This document shows positions 26,453 to 35,561 of a DNA stretch of 64,000 nt, piece by piece. A program made the translations under genes and the position numbers. Origin of the DNA: a virus (taxonomy: Duplodnaviria; Caudoviricetes); IMG/VR virus record IMGVR_UViG_2974663217_000001, positions 5,062 through 69,061 of that record, one strand, 5' to 3'. Below the pieces are notes generated by a model. It worked only from the letters and a program-made list of their open reading frames with translations. It was not told the DNA's origin and made no database searches. Each line of letters starts with the position of its first letter. Positions within the stretch are counted from its first letter, which is position 1.

Positions 26453-26662
26453 TTTTTTGAATCCACCGGGCTTGCCGTGCCGCTGCACATGGTCAAGGAA
26501 CGGCTGAATGGTCTGCGGCTTCCAGCCTGGGGACTGGCTAATTTCAAAGTCAGGAACGGGCATAAGGCCGCGCATCTTCCAAGCTCGCACCGTCTTGGGT
26601 TCCACCTTGAGCAAGGCAGCAATCTGGTTGTAGTCAATGAGCCGGACAGGTTTCTTGGGCAT
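26444..26662 (-). CDS. Small HTH DNA-binding protein (MerR/Xis-like), candidate early repressor
   Basis: IDYNQIAALLKVEPKTVRAWKMRGLMPVPD; an operator lies on each side. Confidence 0.8.
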   Translation of the reverse strand: MPKKPVRLIDYNQIAALLKVEPKTVRAWKMRGLMPVPDFEISQSPGWKPQTIQPFLDHVQRHGKPGGFKKVA

Positions 26663-26693
26663 GGCGCGCCTTTCGCATAGTTGTGGTCACCCA

Positions 26694-26723
26694 ACTGTAG
26701 CGAGGTGCTACCAACAGGCGCAA
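26694..26723 (-). promoter_or_regulatory. Sigma-A-like promoter of the HTH gene with operator
   Basis: Minus strand TTGCGC-18-TACAGT; operator TGTAGCGAGGTGCTACC at 26696-26712. Confidence 0.7.
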
Positions 26724-26731
26724 CGCCCCGG

Positions 26732-26771
26732 CGTCCCCCAGCGCCCGGGCGAGGGCTGCCACCATGGGGCC
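26732..26771 (+). promoter_or_regulatory. Class II promoter, leaderless
   Basis: CGTCCCCCAG at 26732, CACCAT at 26760-26765, ATG at 26772. Confidence 0.7.
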
Positions 26772-27104
26772 ATGGCTACTGGCGTACTCTCTTTTCCTTT
26801 CAAGCTTGGCCCGGACGGCGCCGCGGCCACAACCGGCTACGGCACGGACCAAGAAATTGAGGAAGCAATCGCGGTGCTTGTCCTAACCCATATCGGGGAA
26901 CGGCAAATGCAGCCCATGTTCGGCGTCCCCGACCCGGCGTTCTCCGGTCTAGGCGTCGGGGATATCCAGGTCGGCCTAGACATGTTCGGGCCAGCCGGGG
27001 TGACGGTGCAATCCGTCACCAGCGAGCCGGTGGAAGGCAACGATCAAGTGGTGCGCGCCAAGGTGGCGTGGGCCAGAACCAGCGACGGAACAGGAAACCT
27101 CTAA
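26772..27104 (+). CDS. Baseplate wedge protein (gp25 / gpW-like)
   Basis: LSFPF...IEEAI...THIGER-MQPMFGVPD gp25 motif; real start ATG 26772. Confidence 0.85.
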   Translation: MATGVLSFPFKLGPDGAAATTGYGTDQEIEEAIAVLVLTHIGERQMQPMFGVPDPAFSGLGVGDIQVGLDMFGPAGVTVQSVTSEPVEGNDQVVRAKVAWARTSDGTGNL

Positions 27105-28228
27105 TGGCTGACGTGCCCGAATACGAGGCGTTGACCCTACTCAACTACGGAACGGAACCGGACCTTGTGGCGGCGGCAACGTCCTACGCCATGGCCGCAT
27201 TGCCCGAGTGGCAGCCCCGGGCGGGGAACACCGAAATGGTGCTTATGGAATCCCTCGCTGTGATGCTGGGGCCGGAAATCCTCGCCATTCAAATGCTGCC
27301 CGGGCAGATCGTGGAACAGCTTATGAAGCTCTACGGTGTGGCCCGGAATCCCGGATCCCCGGTGGTGGGCCGTGTGCGGTTCACCGTGACCAACAGTGCC
27401 CCCACGCAGGTTGTCCCCGCCGGCACCCGGTTGCGGCTGCCGATTGCCGGGACAGGCGAAACGGTGGACTTTTTCACCAAGGATGAATTGCAAATCATCA
27501 CTTCCGAGAGCTTCACGGGCGAGGTGGACATTTACGCCGAGTACCTTGGCCCTGTCGGTAACGCGACGCCGGACGGGACAATTTTGGACGTGGTGGACAC
27601 GCTGTCGTTCGTGGAGGGCGTCAAGACCGTGGGCGAACTGTCCGGCGGTGCTGGCCTTGAGGCTGACCAAGAGTTCCAGGGCCGCGCGTCCGCGACGCTG
27701 GCGCGCCTCACCTCCACGCTGGTGCTGCCCGAGTCTTTCCAGTACGCTGCGGCGTCCCGGCCCGAGGTTGGCCGCGCCAAGGTGTTTGACCTCTACAACC
27801 CGGCAGCCCCGCTGGTGAACCCCGCAGTTGGTTATGTGACCGTGGCCGTGGCCGACGCTAACGGCAACGCGCTGCCGAGCTCCACGACGGCGGAAATCGC
27901 CGGGTGGCTTTCCTCGCAAGCCCTCGCCTCTCTCAAGGTCAGCGTCATTGATCCCACCTACACCACGGTGAATATCACCGTGTCAGTGAAAGCGTCCCCC
28001 GGGTTCAGTGCTGCGCAAGTGCAAGCGAACGTTGCCGCTACCCTGTCGGGCTGGCTGAACGCCAAGACGTGGGACTGGAACCCTGTTGTGGGCCAATACG
28101 CCATTGTGGCCAAGGTGTCTGCCGCCGCCGGGGTGGCCGAGGTGACCAGCGCCCCGGCGAACATTGCCCTTGCTGGCAAGGCGCCGTTGCCGATCCTTGG
28201 CACCGTGACCGTAAACGTGGTGGGCTGA
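27104..28228 (+). CDS. Baseplate J-like protein
   Basis: Start overlaps the upstream stop (TAATG); QVVPAGTRL, SGGAGLEAD-EF--R and VTVAV motifs. Confidence 0.88.
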   Translation: MADVPEYEALTLLNYGTEPDLVAAATSYAMAALPEWQPRAGNTEMVLMESLAVMLGPEILAIQMLPGQIVEQLMKLYGVARNPGSPVVGRVRFTVTNSAPTQVVPAGTRLRLPIAGTGETVDFFTKDELQIITSESFTGEVDIYAEYLGPVGNATPDGTILDVVDTLSFVEGVKTVGELSGGAGLEADQEFQGRASATLARLTSTLVLPESFQYAAASRPEVGRAKVFDLYNPAAPLVNPAVGYVTVAVADANGNALPSSTTAEIAGWLSSQALASLKVSVIDPTYTTVNITVSVKASPGFSAAQVQANVAATLSGWLNAKTWDWNPVVGQYAIVAKVSAAAGVAEVTSAPANIALAGKAPLPILGTVTVNVVG

Positions 28229-28229
28229 C

Positions 28230-30695
28230 ATGGCAACTTTGAGGAACCGGGCTAACAACCCGGACATGTCGGGGGTTGGCCTTACCACGGTAATGACCAA
28301 CTTTCTTAGCAACCCGCGAGGCATGACGGCCACCACGTATTGGGCGGCGTCACCGGGTAACGGCGCCGCCGCAGTGTCCCGGGTATCGTCCGGCGGCCCT
28401 GATACACGCTTTGCGGACGGTGGCCCATTCATTCGGTACACACAGAACACCATCAACACTGGTGGAAGCTGCGGCCCCTACTACCGGGACGCGCTGGCGG
28501 GGCAGACCACGGGCGTTGCGGGTGATACGCGCTATTGGCAAGTTTGGGTTCGACCGTCCGTGACTCGCCAAATTCGATTGACTGGCGGGTTCAAGCTGGA
28601 CTCAGTGGCGGACGTAACCACGGGCGCTGGCCCGTATGTGACCTGCCCCGCCGGCGAATGGACAAAACTTCCGCCGTTGGAGATAACCGCAACAGGCGAC
28701 TACCAGAAAATTCAGCTTTGGCCGGTGGCCACCGGCCCGTTTGACGTTGGCGAAACTTTGGACGCCGTTGGTTGGGTCACTGCCGTGCCGTGGGATTTCT
28801 TCGACGGCGACGTGCCTAATAATGCTGAATTCACTTATGCGTTCACAGGCGCCGCCTCACTCTCGCAAAGCACGGCGACGGCTGGCACGGTTACGGCGGT
28901 CAGCGCTAGCCCGGGTACGGGCGGCGCGCTCAAGCTGTGGCGGTCCCCGGACGCCCCGATGACTTCCAGCGCTTCGGCAAAGTCGATCCAAACGACGTTT
29001 TCCGATCAGGGCAGCGCCGGGGTTTACACCCAAGCGAACAGCCCCGGCGTTGCGGGGGACGTGGTTTCTGTTAGCTGCTGGGTGAAGTTCAACGTTGACA
29101 GGTACGTGCGTTTGCTGGTGCGGTTCCGCAACGGCTCGACCACCGTTTCAACCGACTTGCCCAACCTGACCTTTATCCCGGCGAACACCTGGACCGAGGT
29201 CAAACTGGAGGGCACCACAGCCAATCAGGATTACACCAACATTCAGGTGTGGCCGTGGCTGCAAGCCCCCGGCAAGACGCTGGCCATTGGCGACACCATG
29301 CAACTGGCCCGGGTGTTGGTCGTGGACGGCCCTAAGCTGCCCCCGGACGGCTGGTGGGACGGTGACGAAAAGGGGAACGGCAAGTACGTTTTCGCGTGGG
29401 ACGGCGAGCCGAACGCGTCCACCTCGACCCGCATGGACCGCATAGACATAATCCACTGGTGGACGCGCATGTGGTTTGGGCGGCTGCCGGTGGCATACCA
29501 AGAGATTGACGCGGTGATACAGCCCGAGCAGGGCAGCTTCCCGTTGCTGCGGTTCATGGACGGCGCGGGGCAAGTGTCCGGGCGTATCCGTGACCTGTCG
29601 GACCTGATCATTTCGGGCAAGTTCATGGACCCGCAGACAACCCCGGATTACGCGTTGCGGTGGCTGGCTCAATTGCTGGGAGTCACGGCGGCACAGCGGA
29701 CCCTTGACTTGCCGACGTTGCGCACTTATCTGCTGGACCTCGTGGCGTCCGGGCGCCCCGCCGTGGGCACCGGGCAAAGCATTGTGGACGCGGCGCGCCG
29801 GTTCCTGACCGGCACCAAACAGGTGACGATTCAGCCCACGGTGCTGCGTCGGAACTGGGCCACGAACGCGCGCCCGTACAGCAATTCCGGGTGGGGCACC
29901 AGCGGGAATTACGTCAAGACCTATGAGACGGTGCTGGGGCGCGAGGCTGCGGTGGTGACCCGCGCGGCCGCTGGTTCCTCGCAATACATTTGGTATGGCC
30001 GCAACGTGGGCACCATGGGCACTGGCGCTTCCACGCCCACCACCACGACGCACCTTATCCCCATCACCCCGGGGGACAAGGCCAACGTCCGACTGTCCAT
30101 GGGAACGGACAGCACCAACGCAACGGGCCAGCTAAACATTCGGTTCTTCAATTCGTCCGGCACTGAACTGGCTGGCACGGTGTCCGTCTCGCCGGCTACC
30201 GATATTGTGCCGAACACTTGGCAGGACTTTGCCCACAGCGCCACGGCACCCGCCGGGGCGGCTTACTGGTATGTGGAAAACGTGGTCACGCTCAAGTCCG
30301 GCACCACCGTGGGCGGGGAGAGGGCGTGGGCGGGGCGCGCGTTCCTTGGCGTCAATGACCCGGGGGACTACTTCGCCGGGGACAGCACCCCGGGCACGGG
30401 CATGACCATTGTCTGGGACGGCACCGCTAACGCTTCCTCCGCGACCATGACCACAACCCCCCACACGATTGTGGTCCTGGCTCGCGCCGATGAAGTGCCA
30501 AGCGGGAACCTGACGACGTTGGCGAACAACATTCGTTCCACAGGTGTTGTGCCGGCGGGGCATCAATTGCTGACGGCGTTTGCTTCCGCTACGTGGGACC
30601 AATACGAGGCGGCGGTGGGGGCGACGTGGGCGGAAGCTGACGCCAACCAGCCGACGTGGCGCGCGGCTGATTCCCTTGGCATCAACTTGTCTTGA
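28230..30695 (+). CDS. Baseplate wedge / tail protein (P2 gpI-like) with three carbohydrate-binding-like domains
   Basis: LRWLAQLLGV...GT-QSIVDAARRFL core; three Trp-rich beta-sandwich repeats each ending in an FDGD...W-G--NAS-type motif. Confidence 0.75.
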   Translation: MATLRNRANNPDMSGVGLTTVMTNFLSNPRGMTATTYWAASPGNGAAAVSRVSSGGPDTRFADGGPFIRYTQNTINTGGSCGPYYRDALAGQTTGVAGDTRYWQVWVRPSVTRQIRLTGGFKLDSVADVTTGAGPYVTCPAGEWTKLPPLEITATGDYQKIQLWPVATGPFDVGETLDAVGWVTAVPWDFFDGDVPNNAEFTYAFTGAASLSQSTATAGTVTAVSASPGTGGALKLWRSPDAPMTSSASAKSIQTTFSDQGSAGVYTQANSPGVAGDVVSVSCWVKFNVDRYVRLLVRFRNGSTTVSTDLPNLTFIPANTWTEVKLEGTTANQDYTNIQVWPWLQAPGKTLAIGDTMQLARVLVVDGPKLPPDGWWDGDEKGNGKYVFAWDGEPNASTSTRMDRIDIIHWWTRMWFGRLPVAYQEIDAVIQPEQGSFPLLRFMDGAGQVSGRIRDLSDLIISGKFMDPQTTPDYALRWLAQLLGVTAAQRTLDLPTLRTYLLDLVASGRPAVGTGQSIVDAARRFLTGTKQVTIQPTVLRRNWATNARPYSNSGWGTSGNYVKTYETVLGREAAVVTRAAAGSSQYIWYGRNVGTMGTGASTPTTTTHLIPITPGDKANVRLSMGTDSTNATGQLNIRFFNSSGTELAGTVSVSPATDIVPNTWQDFAHSATAPAGAAYWYVENVVTLKSGTTVGGERAWAGRAFLGVNDPGDYFAGDSTPGTGMTIVWDGTANASSATMTTTPHTIVVLARADEVPSGNLTTLANNIRSTGVVPAGHQLLTAFASATWDQYEAAVGATWAEADANQPTWRAADSLGINLS

Positions 30696-30696
30696 G

Positions 30697-30726
30697 TTGC
30701 TAAAACGTCAAGCCCCCCTCTATAGT
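30697..30726 (+). promoter_or_regulatory. Sigma-A-like promoter
   Basis: TTGCTA-18-TATAGT. Confidence 0.65.
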
Positions 30727-30732
30727 CTTTTC

Positions 30733-30812
30733 CATGCCCCCGGCGGTAAGCTGGGGGTGTGGGGCAGACAGCAAAACGCCCCCCATTCCCGCGAGGGAGT
30801 GGAGGGCGTTTT
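30733..30812 (+). ncRNA. Candidate ~80-nt two-hairpin small RNA
   Basis: Lies between a near-consensus promoter and an intrinsic terminator; 5' hairpin GCCCCCGGC / GCTGGGGGT. Confidence 0.4.
30773..30812 (+). terminator. Intrinsic terminator
   Basis: AAAACGCC...ATTCCC gcga GGGAGT...GGCGTTTT. Confidence 0.7.
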
Positions 30813-30915
30813 CAGTAATTTGCCACAACTACTGGTGTCAGTCTATCAGGGCTGCCACTACATCTAGCGGTTCAGTCTTTTGCCACAGACAACTACACAT
30901 GAGAGGCGCTAAGTC

Positions 30916-31143
30916 ATGCGCAATGCCATTACCCGTTTCTTTCGCTGGTTCGCCGGTGCCCCTGTTTCCGCCCCTGTTCCGGCAGCTTCCAGGTTGGACG
31001 AGCTCCACGAGCAGCGGCTGCAGAACGTCTTCGCCCGGGGCATGGCCGCCCTCGAATCCCGGCCCAAGAACATGACCGACCGTGACCGGGAAATCCTTGG
31101 CCGTTCCATTGCCAACATGCTGGCCCGGAACGTGGCGTCATGA
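30916..31143 (+). CDS. Hypothetical protein
   Basis: RBS GAGAGG; ATGA overlap with the next gene. Confidence 0.7.
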   Translation: MRNAITRFFRWFAGAPVSAPVPAASRLDELHEQRLQNVFARGMAALESRPKNMTDRDREILGRSIANMLARNVAS

Positions 31144-31370
31144 TCACCGCGCAATTGCTGGGCGGCCCATGCGACGGGGTGACCATTCAACTGAAAGAGG
31201 ACATGGACGCGTTCCAAATCCCGTGCACGCTGGTGACTGACAACCCCGCCATGCAGTCCAAGGACATTGGCCCGGGCTTCCCGGCCACGGCCACGTATGC
31301 CTTGTTCCAAACCCTTCCAAGCGGCACCCGGGTTTTCCGACTGTCCGGGATCCATAGTCGGGACGCATGA
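31140..31370 (+). CDS. Hypothetical protein
   Basis: LLGGPCDG motif; overlaps on both sides. Confidence 0.7.
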   Translation: MITAQLLGGPCDGVTIQLKEDMDAFQIPCTLVTDNPAMQSKDIGPGFPATATYALFQTLPSGTRVFRLSGIHSRDA

Positions 31371-32776
31371 TCCCCCGGGGCGCCGAGGTGGTGCGCAAGA
31401 GCAACCACCAGCTTGGCAAGGTGTTGGGTTACGTCCCGGGCGGCTATGAGGTCATGTGGAACGGAACCAAAGCCATTAGCTATGAAGACGAAACGACCAT
31501 TGAACCCCGATTTGAGGAAGACAGCGAGGAACCCATGAAAGTTATTGCCCTGCAAGCCGAGAACGTTAAGCGTTTGCGTGCCGTGTCCATTGGATTTGAC
31601 GGCACCTTGCAAGTCATTGGCGGGGACAACGGCGAGGGTAAATCGTCCGTGTTGGACGCGATATGGCTGGCCCTTGGTGGCCGCCAAGCGGTCAGCGAGA
31701 CGCAGACCACCCGGCCTATTCACGACGGCGAGGCTGTGGCCACGGCCACGGTGGACCTTGGGGAACTGATTGTGACCCGGACGTGGAAAGAGGGGAAATC
31801 CCCCACGGTCAAGGTGACCACCCCCGAGGGCGCCGAACACAAGTCGCCGCAAGCGATTCTTGACGCCCTCACGGCCAAGGTGGGCATTGACCCGCTCGCG
31901 TTCACTCAGGTGTCCGCAAAGGAACAGATCAAGCAGCTTTTGGCGCTTGTTGACCTCCCCTTTGACCCGGCGGAACTGGACGCCGAATATGCCGAACTCT
32001 TCGCTGCACGCACGACGGCCAACCGTCGCGTGGCCGAGGTAGAGGCCCGGTTGAAAAGCTACCCAGAACCAGCCGAAAACTTGCCCGAACAAGAGGTCGA
32101 CGTGGCCGAACTGGTGGACACGCTGCGGCGCATTGACTCCATCAACGCCGCCGTCACCCGCGCCAACGAACGGCTGACCGAGGCGGCGGCATCGGTCCAG
32201 TATTTCGAGGAAAAGCTGGAAGCCGCCAAAGCCGAACAAAAGGCCGCGCAAGTGGCACAAGCTGACGCCTACAACCTCGCCAAAGCGTCCCCCAACGCTG
32301 AGGAAGTCCGCGCCAAGCTGGACACCGTGAGCGAGACGAACAAGGCCGTGCGAACCGAGCAGGAACGGCAGCGCGGCATTGCTGCCCTCGCTCAAGCGAG
32401 GGCCGCCTCGGATGGGCTGAGCCGCAAGCTAAAGGCGATCCAGGACACCAAAACCAAGGGCTTGGCGGCGGCGGAATGGCCCATTGAGGGGCTGGGGTTC
32501 GACGCTGAGGGGTTGACGTTCAACGGCGTGCCGTTCAGTCAGGCATCAAGCGCTGAACAGATCAGGGTTTCCATGGCCATGGCTATGGCTGCGGCCCCGA
32601 AACTCAAGACCCTGTTCATTCGGGACGGCTCGCTACTGGACCGCAAGAACATGGCTTTGGTGGCTGAACTGGCCGCCGCGCGAGGGTATCAGGTGATCAT
32701 GGAGCGCGTGGGCGACCATGACCCGGGCGCCGTAATCATCGAAGACGGAACTGTGAAAGTAGACACAAAGAAATGA
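31367..32776 (+). CDS. SMC/RecN/Rad50-like ATPase with coiled coil (ATPase domain starts at ATG 31535)
   Basis: Walker A GGDNGEGKSS, long coiled coil, signature SSAEQ, Walker B-like LFIRDGSLLD. Confidence 0.88.
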   Translation: MIPRGAEVVRKSNHQLGKVLGYVPGGYEVMWNGTKAISYEDETTIEPRFEEDSEEPMKVIALQAENVKRLRAVSIGFDGTLQVIGGDNGEGKSSVLDAIWLALGGRQAVSETQTTRPIHDGEAVATATVDLGELIVTRTWKEGKSPTVKVTTPEGAEHKSPQAILDALTAKVGIDPLAFTQVSAKEQIKQLLALVDLPFDPAELDAEYAELFAARTTANRRVAEVEARLKSYPEPAENLPEQEVDVAELVDTLRRIDSINAAVTRANERLTEAAASVQYFEEKLEAAKAEQKAAQVAQADAYNLAKASPNAEEVRAKLDTVSETNKAVRTEQERQRGIAALAQARAASDGLSRKLKAIQDTKTKGLAAAEWPIEGLGFDAEGLTFNGVPFSQASSAEQIRVSMAMAMAAAPKLKTLFIRDGSLLDRKNMALVAELAAARGYQVIMERVGDHDPGAVIIEDGTVKVDTKK

Positions 32777-33027
32777 CCACCAAAGTTGACCCGGGCGAGG
32801 CCAAAAAGCTGCTATCCGCTGTGACCCGTGGAACAGCACGCAGCGAGCGACTGAGGGCGATAGCTGAACGCCGTTACAAGCGCGACCTCGCCCGGGCCAA
32901 CGAACCGCGCCGTTTAGCGGTTCTTGCCGCCAAGAATGCTGGCATCAAACGCGAGGAAATCGCGGACGCTGCCGGGGTTTCCGTGGCCCGTCTTTACCAG
33001 ATAATTGAGGGCACCCAAGACGCCTGA
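32773..33027 (+). CDS. HTH DNA-binding protein
   Basis: IKREEIADAAGVSVARLYQII. Confidence 0.78.
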   Translation: MTTKVDPGEAKKLLSAVTRGTARSERLRAIAERRYKRDLARANEPRRLAVLAAKNAGIKREEIADAAGVSVARLYQIIEGTQDA

Positions 33028-33120
33028 AACGTCAAGGGGTGGACTTGGTAAATGTCAGCCCCTTGCACTACGGTGAAACCGTCCAACACATTGCCACAAC
33101 TACTACAAGGAAGTGACCCT

Positions 33121-33474
33121 TTGGACCTGTTCCAAGCTGCCCACCAAATGCCGGACCTGACCCGGCAAGAGGGCGCCAACGTGATCCTGGAAGCCCTCCG
33201 CCAAACATATGAAGCGCTGCCGGCGGACGCCGACATTGACCAGACCGCCCGGGCCGTCGCGCTGTGCCTGAAAGGCGACGTAAACCCCAGTGACCTGAAC
33301 GCCGCCTATGACCTTTGGCTGCTGCGTCACCAAATCGCTGACCCTAACGGCGACCTCGAATATCTGCTGGACTTGCCGAACACCGAGGCCAACCGGGACC
33401 GCGAGGTGGCCAACGCTGAGGGCAACCTCATGGCCGCCGTCGCCGCCATGCTGGACAAGGCGGGGGTCAAGTGA
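33121..33474 (+). CDS. Hypothetical protein
   Basis: TTG start after RBS AAGGAAG; upstream TTGCAC-18-CACATT at 33063-33092; overlaps the exonuclease start. Confidence 0.65.
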   Translation: MDLFQAAHQMPDLTRQEGANVILEALRQTYEALPADADIDQTARAVALCLKGDVNPSDLNAAYDLWLLRHQIADPNGDLEYLLDLPNTEANRDREVANAEGNLMAAVAAMLDKAGVK

Positions 33475-34427
33475 CCGCAGTAGCCGAGGGCACGGCCTAC
33501 GTCGACCATTCGATCCCCGGGCACAAGCCCGGAAGCCCGGAATGGGTGAAGTACCTCACCGCCTCGAAAATCGCGGCGGTCATGGGCCACAGCACCTATG
33601 ACAGCTATTTCAGCATGTGGCACCGCATGGCCGGGAACATTGACCCGGAACCCGCTGGGGATGAAGCCCTGCGCGGCCACTACCTTGAACCGTCTATTGC
33701 CAACTGGTTTGCTGACCAAATGCCCGACTATGAGGTGCTGACCACGGGCATGTGGGTGGCCAAGGACAACCCCCGCTTTGCTGCCACCCCTGACCGCTTC
33801 ATGGTCCCGAAGAATCCGGGCATGCCGCTGGCGTTGGCCGAGGTCAAAAGCTCCAATAACGATTGGGAGTGGGGCGCCGAGGACACGGAAGAAATCCCGC
33901 TTGGCTACTACGACCAAGTGACGTGGCAAATGCGCTGCATCCGGACCTACTACCCGGAAATTGAGGGCGTGCACGTCCCCGTTCTAACCATCGGGCTGAA
34001 CTTCGCCAAGTATTACGTCCCTTGGGACGCCGACTATGCGGAAGTCCTGGAACGCAAGGCCACCGCGTTCATGGACGCCTTGGACGCCGGGGAAGCCCCC
34101 AGCATTGACCCGCTGGACGGGCACCTGCAGACCTACAACGCAATCAAGAAATTGCACCCGGACATTGAACCGGGGTCGGTGGAACTGACCGACGCCGAGG
34201 CGCGCCCCTTCCTCGAGGCTCACCTCAAGGCCAAGGCCGCCGATTTGGAGCTTCAAGCCGCCAAGAACGTGGTGGCCATGCGCATGGGCAACCTGCAAAC
34301 GGCCAAGTTCCGGGGCAAGAAAATGTTCACCCGCATATCCAAACAGGGTGGCACGCCCTACATGACGACGGCCCGGGGACTTCCCGCCGCCGATATCCTC
34401 ACCGAAATGGAGAACACCGCCGCATGA
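33471..34427 (+). CDS. YqaJ-like / lambda-type exonuclease
   Basis: TASKIAAVMG...GHYLEP...ATPDRF...AEVKS...YYDQVTWQM. Confidence 0.9.
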   Translation: MTAVAEGTAYVDHSIPGHKPGSPEWVKYLTASKIAAVMGHSTYDSYFSMWHRMAGNIDPEPAGDEALRGHYLEPSIANWFADQMPDYEVLTTGMWVAKDNPRFAATPDRFMVPKNPGMPLALAEVKSSNNDWEWGAEDTEEIPLGYYDQVTWQMRCIRTYYPEIEGVHVPVLTIGLNFAKYYVPWDADYAEVLERKATAFMDALDAGEAPSIDPLDGHLQTYNAIKKLHPDIEPGSVELTDAEARPFLEAHLKAKAADLELQAAKNVVAMRMGNLQTAKFRGKKMFTRISKQGGTPYMTTARGLPAADILTEMENTAA

Positions 34428-35377
34428 GTACCGCAGCCAACGAACGCGCCCTTGCCATTCAGGACCAAGTGCGTGGACTCCTGTTGCACCACCGCCGCCA
34501 ACTGACCAGCACGTTGCCCTCGCACCTCAAGGACAAGGGCGACGCGTGGCTGTCCGGGGCGCTGGCCTCGCTGCAACGTGACAACAATCTTGCCGCCGCC
34601 GCCCTCCAATCCCCGGACACCCTTGTTTCGGCACTGTCCGAGGCCGCGCAAAAGGGCTTGAACCCGGGCACCCCCGAGTATTACCTGACTTCCCGCCGGG
34701 ACAAGTCCCGTGGCCAAATCGTCCTTGGCATCACCGGGTATCAGGGAGAGATTGAGCTCATTTTCCGGGCCGGGGCCGTGGCCACCATCGTGGCTGAGGT
34801 GGTCCACGAGAATGACGAATACACCTACGAGCGAGGCATCCACGACCGCCCCATCCACAAGATTCCTGGGGGCAACTTTGGCCGCGCCGCTGACCGGGGC
34901 AAGATGATTGGCGTCTATGCGTACTGCATCATGAAAGACGGCAGCGTGTCCCGCATCATCGAACACGGCGCGGACCATATCGAAAAGGTCAAGGCCGAGG
35001 CGCAAGGCGCTGACGGCAACTATTCCCCGTGGAAAAAGTGGGAAGACCAGATGTGGCTCAAGACCGCCGTCCACTCCCTCAGCAAGTGGGTGCCCACCTC
35101 TGCCGAGTACGTCCGCGAGCAGCACCGTGCCGTAGCCATTGGGGCGGCCACCGCAGTGCCGGAAAAGGCAGCCACGAACGCCGGGGGCGGCGCACCTGTT
35201 GCCGACACGCCCCGACAGGCACCCGCCAATATCAACGATGACCCCAACGGGGGCGGACAATATGAAGACCTTGGGGAGACTCAGACCGTAGACACCGGGA
35301 CAGGTGAGACGTTCGGAGACGATCCAACAGCGGCGGCTTGGGGTCTTGGGGACCAGCAAGCGCAGCAACAACAGTAA
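34424..35377 (+). CDS. recT: RecT-like single-strand annealing protein
   Basis: GLNPG--EYYL...LGITGYQGEIELIFRAG...VVHENDEY...WEDQMWLKTAVHSL-KWVP-SAE. Confidence 0.92.
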   Translation: MSTAANERALAIQDQVRGLLLHHRRQLTSTLPSHLKDKGDAWLSGALASLQRDNNLAAAALQSPDTLVSALSEAAQKGLNPGTPEYYLTSRRDKSRGQIVLGITGYQGEIELIFRAGAVATIVAEVVHENDEYTYERGIHDRPIHKIPGGNFGRAADRGKMIGVYAYCIMKDGSVSRIIEHGADHIEKVKAEAQGADGNYSPWKKWEDQMWLKTAVHSLSKWVPTSAEYVREQHRAVAIGAATAVPEKAATNAGGGAPVADTPRQAPANINDDPNGGGQYEDLGETQTVDTGTGETFGDDPTAAAWGLGDQQAQQQQ

Positions 35378-35409
35378 ACAGCCACAACGAACGAACGGAA
35401 ACAGCTTAG

Positions 35410-35559
35410 ATGTCTGGGGAAACCAACGTACTGGTAGGAACGCGCGACGCTCGCACATGGCCGCGCCACAAGACCAAGGCCGTGGCTCGCAAGGCCAAGA
35501 GGGCAAGCATTGCCCGTGCCGCTCAAGCCAAGCGCGACGCGATCAGGGGTGATCGGTAG
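35410..35559 (+). CDS. 49-aa basic hypothetical protein
   Basis: MSGETNVLVGTRDARTWPRHKTKAVARKAKRASIARAAQAKRDAIRGDR; stop 2 nt before the next ATG. Confidence 0.5.
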   Translation: MSGETNVLVGTRDARTWPRHKTKAVARKAKRASIARAAQAKRDAIRGDR

Positions 35560-35561
35560 CC

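Noticed and set aside
30734-31075. 113-aa leaderless ORF downstream of the TATAGT promoter
   Set aside because: It crosses a terminator, overlaps the better-supported 30916 gene and has no protein-like pattern. Kept only as the alternative to the sRNA model.
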